DNA of 64,000 bases from an uncultured Eubacteriales bacterium (GCA_964354215.1 CAYGYT010000001.1:11199-75198); one strand, 5' to 3'. Counted from the stretch's first letter, positions 52,273 to 61,720 are shown. Numbers and translations: made by a program. Notes: generated from the sequence alone by a model not told the origin.

Positions 52273-52995
52273 TCACGCCAAAGGTGCACGCTGCGCCTTA
52301 CCCGGCTGTCGCGGAAGAACCACCCGGGACTCGCCCGTGCGACGATACTCGATGATGGACCGGCGCTGCCCGCTCGGCAGCTCGAAATCCCGACGCTCGG
52401 TCAGCTCCATCCCTACCAGTCGCCCAGCGGAGGTTCCTCGCTGCACTTCCTCTCCAGAGAGGCGGCCCTTCATGGCAACCAGCACACCGCCGCTCTCAAG
52501 AAGGGGTGCCGCCAATTCGACAAGCGAAGGCAGCGAGGTCAGAGCCCGGGCCGTCACAACGGCGAACGCGCGCGGCCTCTCGGCAGCAAGCGATTCCGTC
52601 CTGAGGTGGGCAACCAGCAGCGGCGCGTAGCCTTGTAGCAGATCGACGACGCCACGAAGGAACTCCGCCTTCTTGCCGACCGATTCCACCAGCGTCGTCG
52701 TCCTCCCGACCACGAGAGCCAGCGGAATCCCCGGGTATCCGGCACCACTTCCAAGGTCCGCGAGCTCGCCTCCCGGAGCCGCAAGCACCTCCGGCACTGC
52801 CATGAGTGAATCGACTACGTGGAGCTCCACGGCGTCGGCCAGGTTCCTCACGGCGGTCAGGTTGAACGCTTCATTCGCCTCCAGCACCGCTTCGAGGTGC
52901 AGCACAAGTGCCTCTTGCCCCTGCTGCGATACCTGGACGCCGGCGTTCTGTAGAGAGGTCTGCAGAAGCAGCGCAGCGGAACCCTCATGTTTCAC
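52273..52995 (-). CDS. rsmG: 16S rRNA m7G527 methyltransferase RsmG (GidB)
   Basis: SAM motif LADLGSGAGYPGIPLA in origin-region synteny. The GTG start is embedded in parS site 1. Confidence 0.88.
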   Translation of the reverse strand: MKHEGSAALLLQTSLQNAGVQVSQQGQEALVLHLEAVLEANEAFNLTAVRNLADAVELHVVDSLMAVPEVLAAPGGELADLGSGAGYPGIPLALVVGRTTTLVESVGKKAEFLRGVVDLLQGYAPLLVAHLRTESLAAERPRAFAVVTARALTSLPSLVELAAPLLESGGVLVAMKGRLSGEEVQRGTSAGRLVGMELTERRDFELPSGQRRSIIEYRRTGESRVVLPRQPGKAQRAPLA

Positions 52996-53003
52996 GTGAA
53001 ACC
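52988..53003. promoter_or_regulatory. parS site 1 (TGTTTCACGTGAAACc)
   Basis: 15/16 match to the TGTTTCACGTGAAACA consensus. Overlaps the rsmG start codon. Confidence 0.85.
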
Positions 53004-53023
53004 TCCCGCAGTCATTCTACCAA

Positions 53024-53039
53024 GGTTTCACGTGAAACA
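53024..53039. promoter_or_regulatory. parS site 2 (gGTTTCACGTGAAACA)
   Basis: 15/16 match to the parS consensus, 36 bp centre-to-centre from site 1. Confidence 0.85.
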
Positions 53040-53284
53040 TCTGGGGATGCGCCCTGGGGTCGGGGGCAGCTGTCGGATGGCGCCCTGGCCTGGCCGGATC
53101 TCTCCATGGCCGGGTCGGAGCCCTTGCCGACTCACCCCGCTTCCGGCGTTCGCGCCGGAATCTCGTGGCCCACAAGCCTCAGGCAGTGGTTCCGGGTTTG
53201 CGGGCGCGCTCGCCCCAGGCTGCGCGGTCATTCGAACGTCTAGCCTGGGTTCGCCGGGGGCCACTGTCTGCGGCACATAGGCCG

Positions 53285-54046
53285 TTACTTCGGCCCAACG
53301 ACTACCTGCCGGTACGGCTCTTCGCCTTCGCTGTAGGTCGTGACGCGCCGATCGTCTCTCAGAGCCACATGTACCAGGCGTCGCTCGTAGGCGGTCATCG
53401 GGCGGAGCTTCACCGGCACTCCTTGCCGCGCGACGCGGTCGGCGGTTCTGCGCGCCACATCCTCGAGCTTCTCTCGCCGCCGGTGTCTATAGCCCTCAAC
53501 ATCGACAACGACGGGGTAGCGGAATCCAAGACGCCGATTGGTGATCGCTGAGACGAGGGCTTGGAGCGCATCCAGCGTCCTACCGTGCCTGCCGATAAGC
53601 GCAGCACAGTCGCCGCCCACGATATCGAGGATGATCTCGCCTTCGTCCCCCTCGTACTCTTCGATTGTCGCGGTGATACCGAACGCCGGCAGGATCTCCT
53701 GGATGACCGTGACCGCTTGGTCGGCCACACGATCGAGCTCCTCGTCGGAAAGGTCCGGCGTTTCCCCTCTGTCGTCGAGTCGCTCGACGCCACCTTCAGG
53801 CTCGTCATCGGCGACCTCGAGCAGGTCGCGGGCCACCTGCCGCGCGCCTTCGATCTCGCGGAGGTACTCGTCCTTGATCCAGACGCGCACCTTTGCGGAT
53901 CGCTCGCCACCCATGCCGAACAGCTTGCGGCCGGGCTCTTCGAGCACCTCATACGAGACTGCGTCCTGTTGGACGCCGAGCTCGTCAAGCGCGACGTCGA
54001 TCGCCTCGGCGACGGTCGGTCCCTCGGTCGTCGTTTCTCGTTCCAT
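53285..54046 (-). CDS. jag: Jag/KhpB RNA-binding protein (Jag_N, KH, R3H)
   Basis: GPTVAEAIDVALDELG N-terminal domain, C-terminal R3H LRPMTAYERRLVHVAL, and position after yidC. Confidence 0.88.
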   Translation of the reverse strand: MERETTTEGPTVAEAIDVALDELGVQQDAVSYEVLEEPGRKLFGMGGERSAKVRVWIKDEYLREIEGARQVARDLLEVADDEPEGGVERLDDRGETPDLSDEELDRVADQAVTVIQEILPAFGITATIEEYEGDEGEIILDIVGGDCAALIGRHGRTLDALQALVSAITNRRLGFRYPVVVDVEGYRHRRREKLEDVARRTADRVARQGVPVKLRPMTAYERRLVHVALRDDRRVTTYSEGEEPYRQVVVGPK

Positions 54047-54049
54047 CTT

Positions 54050-54757
54050 TCACTCTCCCTGCGCCTGTTCGCGCGAATACGACTTGATGAGGATCTGCTG
54101 CTGGGCGACCTGCCACGCGCTTGAGGTCACCCAGTAGAGAAGAACCCCGGCGGGGCTTATCCAGCCGAACCAGAGCATCATGATCGCCATGTACAGACCA
54201 ATCATCTTCTGCTGTTTGTCTCCCGGCATGAGCTGCTGCGGCAGCCACACGCTGAGCGCGAATAGAAGGGCCAGGACCACGTAGGGAAGAGCCACGAGAA
54301 GCCCCTCCTTGCTGAACATCCACTGCGGGGACTTGGTAATATCTGGGAGGATGAACAAGAAGTCCTTCGATGCCTCAGGATGCGCCGCAAGGTAGAGAGG
54401 CAGGCTGGGTGGCTTCTTGCCCGCAAGCACCTGGAAGAGCGCGATGAACACGGGCATCTGCAGTATCAAGGGCAGGCACCCACCGAATGGGTTGACCTTG
54501 TTCTCCTGATAGAACTTGAGCGTTTCTTCCTGAAGCTTCTGCTTGTCATCCTTGTGCTTCTTCTGCAGCTCCTTGATCTTGGGCTGGATGCGCTGCATCT
54601 CGTACATGGACTTGGTTTGCTTGATGGTGAGCGGCATCAGAATGATCCGCATGACTATAGTCAGCAGGATAATCGCGAGGCCATAGTCGCCAACGACGCT
54701 ATAGAGATAGTTGAGTGACTGAAGGATGAAATCCTTGATAGCGACCCAGACGGACAC
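54050..54757 (-). CDS. yidC: Membrane protein insertase YidC (short Gram-positive type)
   Basis: GLAIILLTIVMRIILMPLTIKQTKSM...NPFGGCLPLILQMPVFIALF. Confidence 0.92.
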   Translation of the reverse strand: MSVWVAIKDFILQSLNYLYSVVGDYGLAIILLTIVMRIILMPLTIKQTKSMYEMQRIQPKIKELQKKHKDDKQKLQEETLKFYQENKVNPFGGCLPLILQMPVFIALFQVLAGKKPPSLPLYLAAHPEASKDFLFILPDITKSPQWMFSKEGLLVALPYVVLALLFALSVWLPQQLMPGDKQQKMIGLYMAIMMLWFGWISPAGVLLYWVTSSAWQVAQQQILIKSYSREQAQGE

Positions 54758-54797
54758 AGGACACGACCTCCTCGCGGTTGCGCAGTACTAGCGCACT

Positions 54798-55034
54798 TCA
54801 GGGCACGGGGTCGTGCCCACCGGGATTCCAGGGGTGACAGCGCGCGATGCGCCTGACGGCAAGCCAGCCGCCCCGCAGCACGCCATAGCGTTCGACTGAT
54901 GTTACAGCATACGTGGAGCACGTCGGTGTGAACCGGCACGTAGGCGGGAATGCCGGCGAGATGAACTTCTGATACCCGCGTATCGCGAGTATGAGTGCCC
55001 GCCGGGGAACCCTTGCGAGACTCGTCGCGTTCAC
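54798..55034 (-). CDS. yidD: Membrane protein insertion efficiency factor YidD
   Basis: YQKFISP...[11 protein letters not shown]...[14 protein letters not shown]. The GTG start overlaps the rnpA stop (GTGA). Confidence 0.88.
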   Translation of the reverse strand: MNATSLARVPRRALILAIRGYQKFISPAFPPTCRFTPTCSTYAVTSVERYGVLRGGWLAVRRIARCHPWNPGGHDPVP

Positions 55035-55387
55035 AGGACCTGTGCCCTTCGCAAGACCGACTGCAGCGCCGCGTCGATCTCGCTCGGTCTGGCCGTGACG
55101 ACGCCCACGCGAGCGACGAGCGCGACGTCGAAGGTCCGCCACGGCCCATTCGCGCGACGAGCGGCCTCCCGGAGCACTCGTCTCGCCCGGTTGCGCGCGA
55201 CCGCTCCGCCCATCCGCCTGCCGGCGACGAAGCACACCCGTCCGTCGGCGGAACTCGGGGGAGCAGGGGCGACCAGCAGCATCATGAGCGGGTGAGAAAC
55301 CTTCTTGCCGCTCCGGAACATCGCGTCGATCTCGCGCGACGATCGGATTGTCTGCACTGCCGCCTCCGCACGGGCAGGGCGGGCCAC
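55031..55387 (-). CDS. rnpA: RNase P protein component
   Basis: Basic protein with the RNR-like motif ([16 protein letters not shown]) in rpmH-rnpA synteny. The GTG start overlaps the rpmH stop (TAGTG). Confidence 0.85.
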   Translation of the reverse strand: MARPARAEAAVQTIRSSREIDAMFRSGKKVSHPLMMLLVAPAPPSSADGRVCFVAGRRMGGAVARNRARRVLREAARRANGPWRTFDVALVARVGVVTARPSEIDAALQSVLRRAQVL

Positions 55388-55524
55388 TACGCGCTGAGGC
55401 GTGCACGCCCCTTGCGACGGCGAGCGGCCAGAATCGCGCGGCCGCCTCGAGTAGACATGCGTGCACGGAAGCCATGCGTCTTGGCGCGCTTCCGGGTGTT
55501 AGGCTGGTACGTCCTCTTACTCAC
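55387..55524 (-). CDS. rpmH: 50S ribosomal protein L34; absent from the ORF track as a separate ORF
   Basis: (M)[47 protein letters not shown] start with GGAGGAACC upstream. Confidence 0.93.
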   Translation of the reverse strand: MSKRTYQPNTRKRAKTHGFRARMSTRGGRAILAARRRKGRARLSA

Positions 55525-55571
55525 GGTTCCTCCGATCGGCTCTCCGGGGGCTCCGGGAGCAAAGCCCGACG

Positions 55572-55601
55572 ATTATACAGACGCCTTTTCCGCAGTGTCA
55601 A
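55572..55601 (-). promoter_or_regulatory. Sigma-70-type promoter for rpmH (TTGACA-N18-TATAAT)
   Basis: Minus strand reads TTGACA (55601-55596) and TATAAT (55577-55572), about 50 nt upstream of the rpmH start. Confidence 0.6.
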
Positions 55602-55702
55602 CGAGTGGTCGGCGTATCTCGCCACGAGCTGGTCTTCGAGCGGCCCACTCTTCTCACAGCTCAGGGGCTTGCTCGCGACAGACACGATTTCGGCTCGCAA
55701 TC

Positions 55703-56109
55703 TGTGGACAGTGTGGAAAAAGCAGGTCTTGACGCTCCCGCGGCCTGTGGATAACCCGCTTCGAGGAATTGTCCTTCGCTTCCGCGCTTTGCTAGACTCA
55801 GCCCTGTTCTCCTAGCTGCTCGGACTGCTCGCATCACCTTGAGAAACGCCGCTCGTCGCCAATAAGGTTCCGCTCATCTCCCAGCCGCCGCCACGACGGA
55901 TGGGATTGTCCACAGGCCTGAGTTGTCGCGCGTTCGCGCGGCGCCACCCTCTGCAAGCGCTTTCCACAGGGTCTCGCTTCCGGAGGGGTGTTTTCCACCG
56001 ATTCTCGCGCTGTCTCCGGTGGCTGAACGTGCCTGTGCTGCGGCGTTCGCTCTGTTGATTGCCCTTGGGCACACCGCCTGTCCACAGATGTGGAAAGCAC
56101 TGTGGACAA
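55703..56109. other. oriC-type DnaA-box cluster (at least 9 boxes)
   Basis: Perfect TTATCCACA at 55746-55754 (reverse orientation). TTGTCCACA at 55906-55914 and 56101-56109. CTGTCCACA at 55703-55711 and 56078-56086. TTTTCCACA at 55712-55720. CTTTCCACA at 55960-55968 and 56089-56097. TTTTCCACC at 55991-55999. Confidence 0.8.
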
Positions 56110-56239
56110 CAGCGGAAACCCGAGGTGAGGCAGGGATTCGCGCCTTCTGCTGCCCCTTCCGCGGAGCGAGAAGGCGCCCGCCAGAGCGGGGCCTCGTCAC
56201 GACGATATCGCCGAAGCGTGTGAGGGCCTACGAAGAATA

Positions 56240-57238
56240 GTGGGGGTTTTGAAACCTTTCTTCTCTGAAGAGCGTGTGCCACGGACACGGCTCGCGGAGC
56301 GAGCGGGATCCGGCTCCGGTCGTGCCGGGCCCGGCGTCCTGCCTTGCGCGTCGACCGCCGGGCCGGCTTTGGTGCGCAACATCCTCTCACCAACGGAGTC
56401 GGCCCGCATCGCGGTCTACGACGCCGTCGGCAGCGCCCCGCGTGTCGAGGAGGTCGCTCCCGTCGAGACGGGGGAGTACATCTCGCTTCTGGCTACCCGC
56501 ACGTACGAAATGGCCCGCGCCATGGGCGGCCGAGTGCCGTTCTCGGTCATCAACGAGGTCGCGGAGAACTACATCCACGCGGACTTCCGATCGCCGGTCG
56601 TCACCATCCTCGACTCCGGCAACACTATCCGCTTCTCCGACCAAGGTCCCGGCATACACGACAAGATCAGGGCGGTCGAGCCGGGCTACACGACCGCCTC
56701 GGCAAACATGAAGCGCTACATCCGGGGCGTTGGCTCCGGCCTCCCGCTCGTGCGCGAGTGCCTCTCCTTCACGGGCGGGACCGTACAGATAGAGGACAAC
56801 CTCGGCTCGGGCGCAGTTGTTACCGTCAGCGCAGGGAGCGCCGCGGACGCGGCAGCGCCCCACGCCTCGTCGTTGCCCGCGAAGGGCTCCGGTGAGTCGA
56901 CAGAGTCCCGCGCGGCATCTCTGCCGACGCAGGCGTCTTCGCCGCCCGCGCCAGAGCAAGACACCGCCTTCCGTCTTCAGCCAGCCTCCTATCCGGGTCC
57001 GGATGGGGCGTCTCGGCTCACGAACAGACAGAAACGGGTCCTTGCCCTGGTGATGGAAGCCGGCTACGCGGGACCGTCTCTCGTAGCTCGGGAACTCGCG
57101 ATCGGGCTGTCAACCGCCTATCGAGACCTGGCTCACTTGGAGACGCTCGGTCTGATCTCGTCCGATGAATCTGGCAAGCGGGCACTTACTCCGGAAGGGT
57201 CTCAGTTCTTGGAGAGCCTTCTCCATCCAGGGAGATAG
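56240..57238 (+). CDS. GHKL-type ATPase domain protein fused to a C-terminal winged-HTH, encoded between the DnaA-box cluster and dnaA
   Basis: N-box-like NEVAENYIHAD, G1 DQGPGI, G2 GVGSGLPLV, an Ala/Ser/Pro linker, then RQKRVLALVMEAGYAGPSLVARELAIGLSTAYRDLAHLETLGLI. True start uncertain (no convincing RBS; GTG 56240, 56276 or 56372). Confidence 0.6.
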   Translation: MGVLKPFFSEERVPRTRLAERAGSGSGRAGPGVLPCASTAGPALVRNILSPTESARIAVYDAVGSAPRVEEVAPVETGEYISLLATRTYEMARAMGGRVPFSVINEVAENYIHADFRSPVVTILDSGNTIRFSDQGPGIHDKIRAVEPGYTTASANMKRYIRGVGSGLPLVRECLSFTGGTVQIEDNLGSGAVVTVSAGSAADAAAPHASSLPAKGSGESTESRAASLPTQASSPPAPEQDTAFRLQPASYPGPDGASRLTNRQKRVLALVMEAGYAGPSLVARELAIGLSTAYRDLAHLETLGLISSDESGKRALTPEGSQFLESLLHPGR

Positions 57239-57274
57239 GCTCGCGTGCGCACTGACTCTGCTGAGGGGATTGAC

Positions 57275-58669
57275 ATGTCCGACGTGAACGTGATCTGGGA
57301 CGGCGTCTTGGATGTCGTGCGCGGCGAGCTGACCACGCCCGTCTTCAAGACGTGGTTCGAGCACGCCCGCCCCGTCTCTCTCGACACCGATGGCGTGTTC
57401 GTCATCGGTGTGCAGAACGAGTTCGCGCGCGAGTGGTTCGAGTCGAGGTACTCGAGCCTCATCCGATCGGCGGTCAGCCAGGTCACCGGCGAGGGTATGG
57501 ATATTCGCGTCGTCATCGACCGAGAGGCGGCGGAATCCGCCGTGTCATCCGTGTCGACATCCGACGTCGAGGTGGAGTCCATTGCCCGCGATCTCGAAGC
57601 GAATGAGGAGAAGCGCCTGCAAGAGGCGTCAGCCGGCGACTTCGGCCCGAAGTACACGTTCGACACGTTCGTCACCGGGGAATCGAACCGCTTCGCGTGT
57701 ACCGCCGCCCTCGCCGTCGCTGAGGCACCGGGGCTTTCCTACAACCCGCTCTTCATCTACGGGGGGGCGGGGCTGGGGAAGACACACTTGCTTCAGGCGA
57801 TCGGGCACTACGTTCGCAAGAACTACTCACACAAGAAGGTCGTGTACGTGTCTACGGAGCAGTTCACGAACGACTTCATCAACTCCATACGCGACCGAGA
57901 CTCGAATCGCATCGACGGCTTCAGGCAGCGCTACCGGAACTCCGACGTCCTCCTCGTCGACGACGTTCAGTTCCTGAAGGGCAAGGAGGGTATCCAAGAG
58001 GAGTTCTTCCATACCTTCAACGCCCTGCAGCAGCACGGGAAGGCGGTCGTGCTGTCGTCCGACCGGCCTCCCAAAGACATCGCGACCCTCGAGGACCGGC
58101 TTCGGAGTCGCTTCTCGATGGGCCTCATTACCGACATCCAGCCGCCCGACCTCGAGACGCGCATCGCTATTCTTCGGCGTAAGGTTGATACCGAACGCCT
58201 GGTAGTCCCGGACGACGTGCTCGAGTACACCGCCGGGCGTGTGTCTTCGAACGTCAGAGAGCTCGAGGGGGCCCTTACTCGAATAGCCGCGTATGGATCA
58301 CTGTCCCGGCATCCGGTCGATCTGGAGCTCGCCAAGACGGTGCTTCAGGACGCGTTCCCTGAGCGCTCGACCCGGCCGATCGCCGTGTCCACCATTCAAC
58401 GAGAGGTCTGCAAGTACTATTCGATCAGCCACTCGGAACTCGTCGGGAGCAAGCGCTCCCAAAACATCGTCTATCCTCGGCAGATCGCCATGTACCTAGC
58501 CAGGGAACTCACTGACATGTCGCTACCAAAGATCGGGGATGAATTCGGTGGAAGGGACCACACCACCGTCATGCACGCGACCGCGAAAATCCAGAAGCTC
58601 ATGAATGCCCAGCGGGAGGTCTACAACCAGATACAATCCCTCACCAACACGATCCGGCAACAAACCTGA
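57275..58669 (+). CDS. dnaA: Chromosomal replication initiator DnaA
   Basis: [13 protein letters not shown]..., AAA+ Walker [23 protein letters not shown], and domain [10 protein letters not shown]. Start set at ATG 57275 with GAGGGG upstream. Confidence 0.95.
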   Translation: MSDVNVIWDGVLDVVRGELTTPVFKTWFEHARPVSLDTDGVFVIGVQNEFAREWFESRYSSLIRSAVSQVTGEGMDIRVVIDREAAESAVSSVSTSDVEVESIARDLEANEEKRLQEASAGDFGPKYTFDTFVTGESNRFACTAALAVAEAPGLSYNPLFIYGGAGLGKTHLLQAIGHYVRKNYSHKKVVYVSTEQFTNDFINSIRDRDSNRIDGFRQRYRNSDVLLVDDVQFLKGKEGIQEEFFHTFNALQQHGKAVVLSSDRPPKDIATLEDRLRSRFSMGLITDIQPPDLETRIAILRRKVDTERLVVPDDVLEYTAGRVSSNVRELEGALTRIAAYGSLSRHPVDLELAKTVLQDAFPERSTRPIAVSTIQREVCKYYSISHSELVGSKRSQNIVYPRQIAMYLARELTDMSLPKIGDEFGGRDHTTVMHATAKIQKLMNAQREVYNQIQSLTNTIRQQT

Positions 58670-58900
58670 TGTCACTGCCTGTTGACAAGGGTGTTGGCAA
58701 CAGGTGGTTCACCTGTGGGCCTGTTCGGCCACTTTGTGGGAAACGCCTCCGCGCTGTGGGTCCTGGGGATACTCTCGTGTCCTTCTCCACACGCAGCTCG
58801 AACGGACACGCCCGCTGCCACCTGCGTTCTTGGTGACCTTCCACATGCGCACAGGACCTAGTACTGAGACGGATAGTCATAGATATGAAAGGAACACTAG

Positions 58901-59998
58901 ATGAAGTTCAGTGTCGCTCGGACCGAGCTCTCTGAGGCCCTCGCCGTGGCGGGGAGGGGACTCTCGGCCCGCTCCACGCTCCCGATCCTTTCAGGGATCC
59001 TCGTCTCGTGTGAGAAGGGTTCCGTCACCTTCCAGACAACGGATCTGGAAATCTCGGTCCAGACTCAGGTCAACGCGCTCGTAGAAGAAGAAGGGCGAAG
59101 CGTCCTTCCTGGAAGGCTGTTCTCGGATATCGTCCGGAATATGCCCGAGGCCGCGATATCGGTGAGCGTCGAGAAAGACACCGCGGTGATCTCCGGCGCA
59201 ACAGCGTCGTTCACCCTCAAGACGCTCCCGGCCGACGATTTCCCCAAGTTCCCGGTCGTTTCTGTCGGCAAACGAGTCTCTCTTCCCTCGGCGATCATGA
59301 CATCTCTCGTGCGGCAGGTGGCCAAGGCGGTGAGCAGAGACGAGACCCGCGCCATATTGACGGGGGTTCTGCTGTCGGTAGACGGGCCGTCAATTCGCAT
59401 GGTCGCCACCGATTCCTATCGCTTGGCCGTGAGGGAAGAGGAGCTCGAGACCCCGGCGGAACACCTTGAGGTCGTGGTACCGGGCAAGGCGCTTGAGGAA
59501 GTGACGAAGCTTCTTTCCGGAGCGGATGCGGTGGAGATGGGGGTCGCCGAGAACCAGATTGTGTTCCAGTTCGGGGAGACGATCTTCGTGACGCGACGAA
59601 TCGAAGGAACATTCCCGAACTACAAACAACTGATTCCGAAGGAGCGCGAGACGGTGGTACGCGTTCCCTCCGAGGAGTTTGCCGCAGCGGTGAAACGCGT
59701 GTCCATCATGGCCCAACACAACACGCCACTCCGGCTGTCGGTCCACAGCGAGGACCAGACGCTCAGCCTCAGCGCCGCAACGCAGGACGTCGGCGATGCC
59801 TCCGAGGACCTAATGGCAAAGGTCGAAGGCCCAGACGTCGAGATCGCCTTCAATCACGCCTTCCTACTGGATGGTCTCTCGTCGATAGCCTCCGAAGACA
59901 CGCTGGTCGAAATCGTGAGCCCTCTCAAGCCGGGCGTAGTCAAGCCCGCGGATGGAGAGGACTACCTCTACCTGCTCATGCCCGTACGGTTGAGCTGA
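58901..59998 (+). CDS. dnaN: DNA polymerase III beta sliding clamp
   Basis: MKFSVARTELSEAL...LPILSGILV..., three-domain length, C-terminal YLLMPVRL. Confidence 0.95.
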   Translation: MKFSVARTELSEALAVAGRGLSARSTLPILSGILVSCEKGSVTFQTTDLEISVQTQVNALVEEEGRSVLPGRLFSDIVRNMPEAAISVSVEKDTAVISGATASFTLKTLPADDFPKFPVVSVGKRVSLPSAIMTSLVRQVAKAVSRDETRAILTGVLLSVDGPSIRMVATDSYRLAVREEELETPAEHLEVVVPGKALEEVTKLLSGADAVEMGVAENQIVFQFGETIFVTRRIEGTFPNYKQLIPKERETVVRVPSEEFAAAVKRVSIMAQHNTPLRLSVHSEDQTLSLSAATQDVGDASEDLMAKVEGPDVEIAFNHAFLLDGLSSIASEDTLVEIVSPLKPGVVKPADGEDYLYLLMPVRLS

Positions 59999-60011
59999 CA
60001 GAGACCAGAGG

Positions 60012-61142
60012 GTGCACGTCTGGATCAAGCGGCTGGAGCTCACTGACTTCCGGAACTATGAGTCGTTCGTCCTCGAGCCCGCTGAAGGCCTCACCGTCCT
60101 GTTGGGGCCGAACGCGGTCGGGAAGACGAATGTCATCGAAGCGATAGAGCTTGTGACCGAGACGTCCTCATTCAGGAATCCGGCGTGGTCGGATCTGGTG
60201 CGAGCCGGCGCCGACCGGGCAGTCGTTTCGATGCGCGCGGAGTCGGAAGCCGGGAGCAGGACGGACATCGTGCTCGCTGTGGAGAATGGACGCCGGGCGT
60301 ATCGCGTGAACGGCACCGCGAAACGATCGGTCATCGATGCGGCGGGACAGGTGCCCGCGGTCGTGTTCACGCCAGACGACCTCCGCATCATCAAAGAGGC
60401 CTCAGACAGACGGCGAGGCGCAGTGGATTCAGTAGGAACCCAGGTGTCTCGAGCGTACGCGCAGCTCAAGACCGAATACGACCGAGTGCTCAGGCAGCGG
60501 AACGCGCTCCTCAGAGAGGGCGAGGTAGACGACGGGGAGATCGCGCCGTGGACGGAACAGCTCGTGCGGGCGGGAGCCGCCCTCGCGACTCGACGACGGC
60601 GGCTGACCGACACGATGGCTGGGCATCTCACGAAGGAGTACGAGGCGCTCTCGGGTGGAGAGGACCTCCGCGTCTCCTACGTGAGCACGTGGCGCCCGCA
60701 GACGCGCGGGCTGGACGCATACGACGCACATGGCGCGGCGAACGCAGATGACCAGGAAGCCGAGGAAGCCGCGGCGATGGCCGAGGTGCTGGTGGCCCGG
60801 CGTGGCGAGGAGCGAGCGCGACGAACGAGCCTCGTGGGACCGCATCGGGACGACCTACGATTCGAGGTCGAAGCGAAGGACGCACGCACGTTCGCATCAC
60901 AGGGCCAGCAGCGGAGCATCGCCTTGGCGTGGAAGCTCGCTGAGCTCGAAGTGATCGAGGAACTGACAGGAACAACGCCCGTCTTGTTGCTGGACGACGT
61001 CATGTCGGAGCTGGACGAGTCGAGGCGCCACGCGCTTTCGGCTCGGGTCAGCCAACGAACACAGACGGTCATGACCACAACGAACCTTGGGTACTTCGAC
61101 GAGGCTCTCATCGCCGAGGCAAAGGTTGTGGAGCTGGCATGA
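60012..61142 (+). CDS. recF: DNA replication and repair protein RecF
   Basis: LELTDFRNYE, Walker A GPNAVGKTNVIEAI, signature SQGQQRS, and LLLDDVMSELD. Confidence 0.93.
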   Translation: MHVWIKRLELTDFRNYESFVLEPAEGLTVLLGPNAVGKTNVIEAIELVTETSSFRNPAWSDLVRAGADRAVVSMRAESEAGSRTDIVLAVENGRRAYRVNGTAKRSVIDAAGQVPAVVFTPDDLRIIKEASDRRRGAVDSVGTQVSRAYAQLKTEYDRVLRQRNALLREGEVDDGEIAPWTEQLVRAGAALATRRRRLTDTMAGHLTKEYEALSGGEDLRVSYVSTWRPQTRGLDAYDAHGAANADDQEAEEAAAMAEVLVARRGEERARRTSLVGPHRDDLRFEVEAKDARTFASQGQQRSIALAWKLAELEVIEELTGTTPVLLLDDVMSELDESRRHALSARVSQRTQTVMTTTNLGYFDEALIAEAKVVELA

Positions 61143-61720
61143 GGAAGCGGAACACGCAGACCACCCTCGGGGACGCTCTCAGCGGGTGTATTCGGCGGTT
61201 GGACCGCGGCGGAAACCTCACGCAAGCGAGAGTCGTCGAAGCTTGGCCAAAAGCCGCTGGCCCCGACATAGCCCGACACACCGCGGGCGTGCACATCCGC
61301 CGAGATGAGATCGTCGTGTACGTCGACTCTCCGGTCTGGGCCACGGAGCTCTCGGCACTCTCGGCCCAGCTCGCGCAACGTCTTAACGAGTGTCTGGGTG
61401 AGGACCTGGTTGGAGCCATGCGCTTCACTGTGTCCAGGAAGGTAGTGGAACAGCGGGCGCGAGAGGCGCAGTCGGACGAGGACGATCTGTTCTACACACA
61501 GGACAAGGTGGAGCCAGTGCCGCTCGGCGAAGCGGAGCTCGAACAGGTCCGGCAGAGTGCCGCCGCCATACGTAACCGGGACCTGCGCGAGACCGTGATC
61601 CGCGCCACTGTGAAGGACCTCGAATGGAAGCGAGGAATCGAGCGCCGCGACTCCCCCGGCCCGCGCAGCCCGGTCCCGCCGTCAGCCGATGGCGCGACTG
61701 GTGTCGAACAAGGGTCCTGA
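61139..61720 (+). CDS. DUF721-domain protein (DciA-like) between recF and gyrB
   Basis: VVEAWPKAAGPDIARHTAGVHIRRDEIVVYVDSPVWATEL is typical of DUF721. The position is equivalent to the mycobacterial DciA gene. Confidence 0.75.
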   Translation: MRKRNTQTTLGDALSGCIRRLDRGGNLTQARVVEAWPKAAGPDIARHTAGVHIRRDEIVVYVDSPVWATELSALSAQLAQRLNECLGEDLVGAMRFTVSRKVVEQRAREAQSDEDDLFYTQDKVEPVPLGEAELEQVRQSAAAIRNRDLRETVIRATVKDLEWKRGIERRDSPGPRSPVPPSADGATGVEQGS

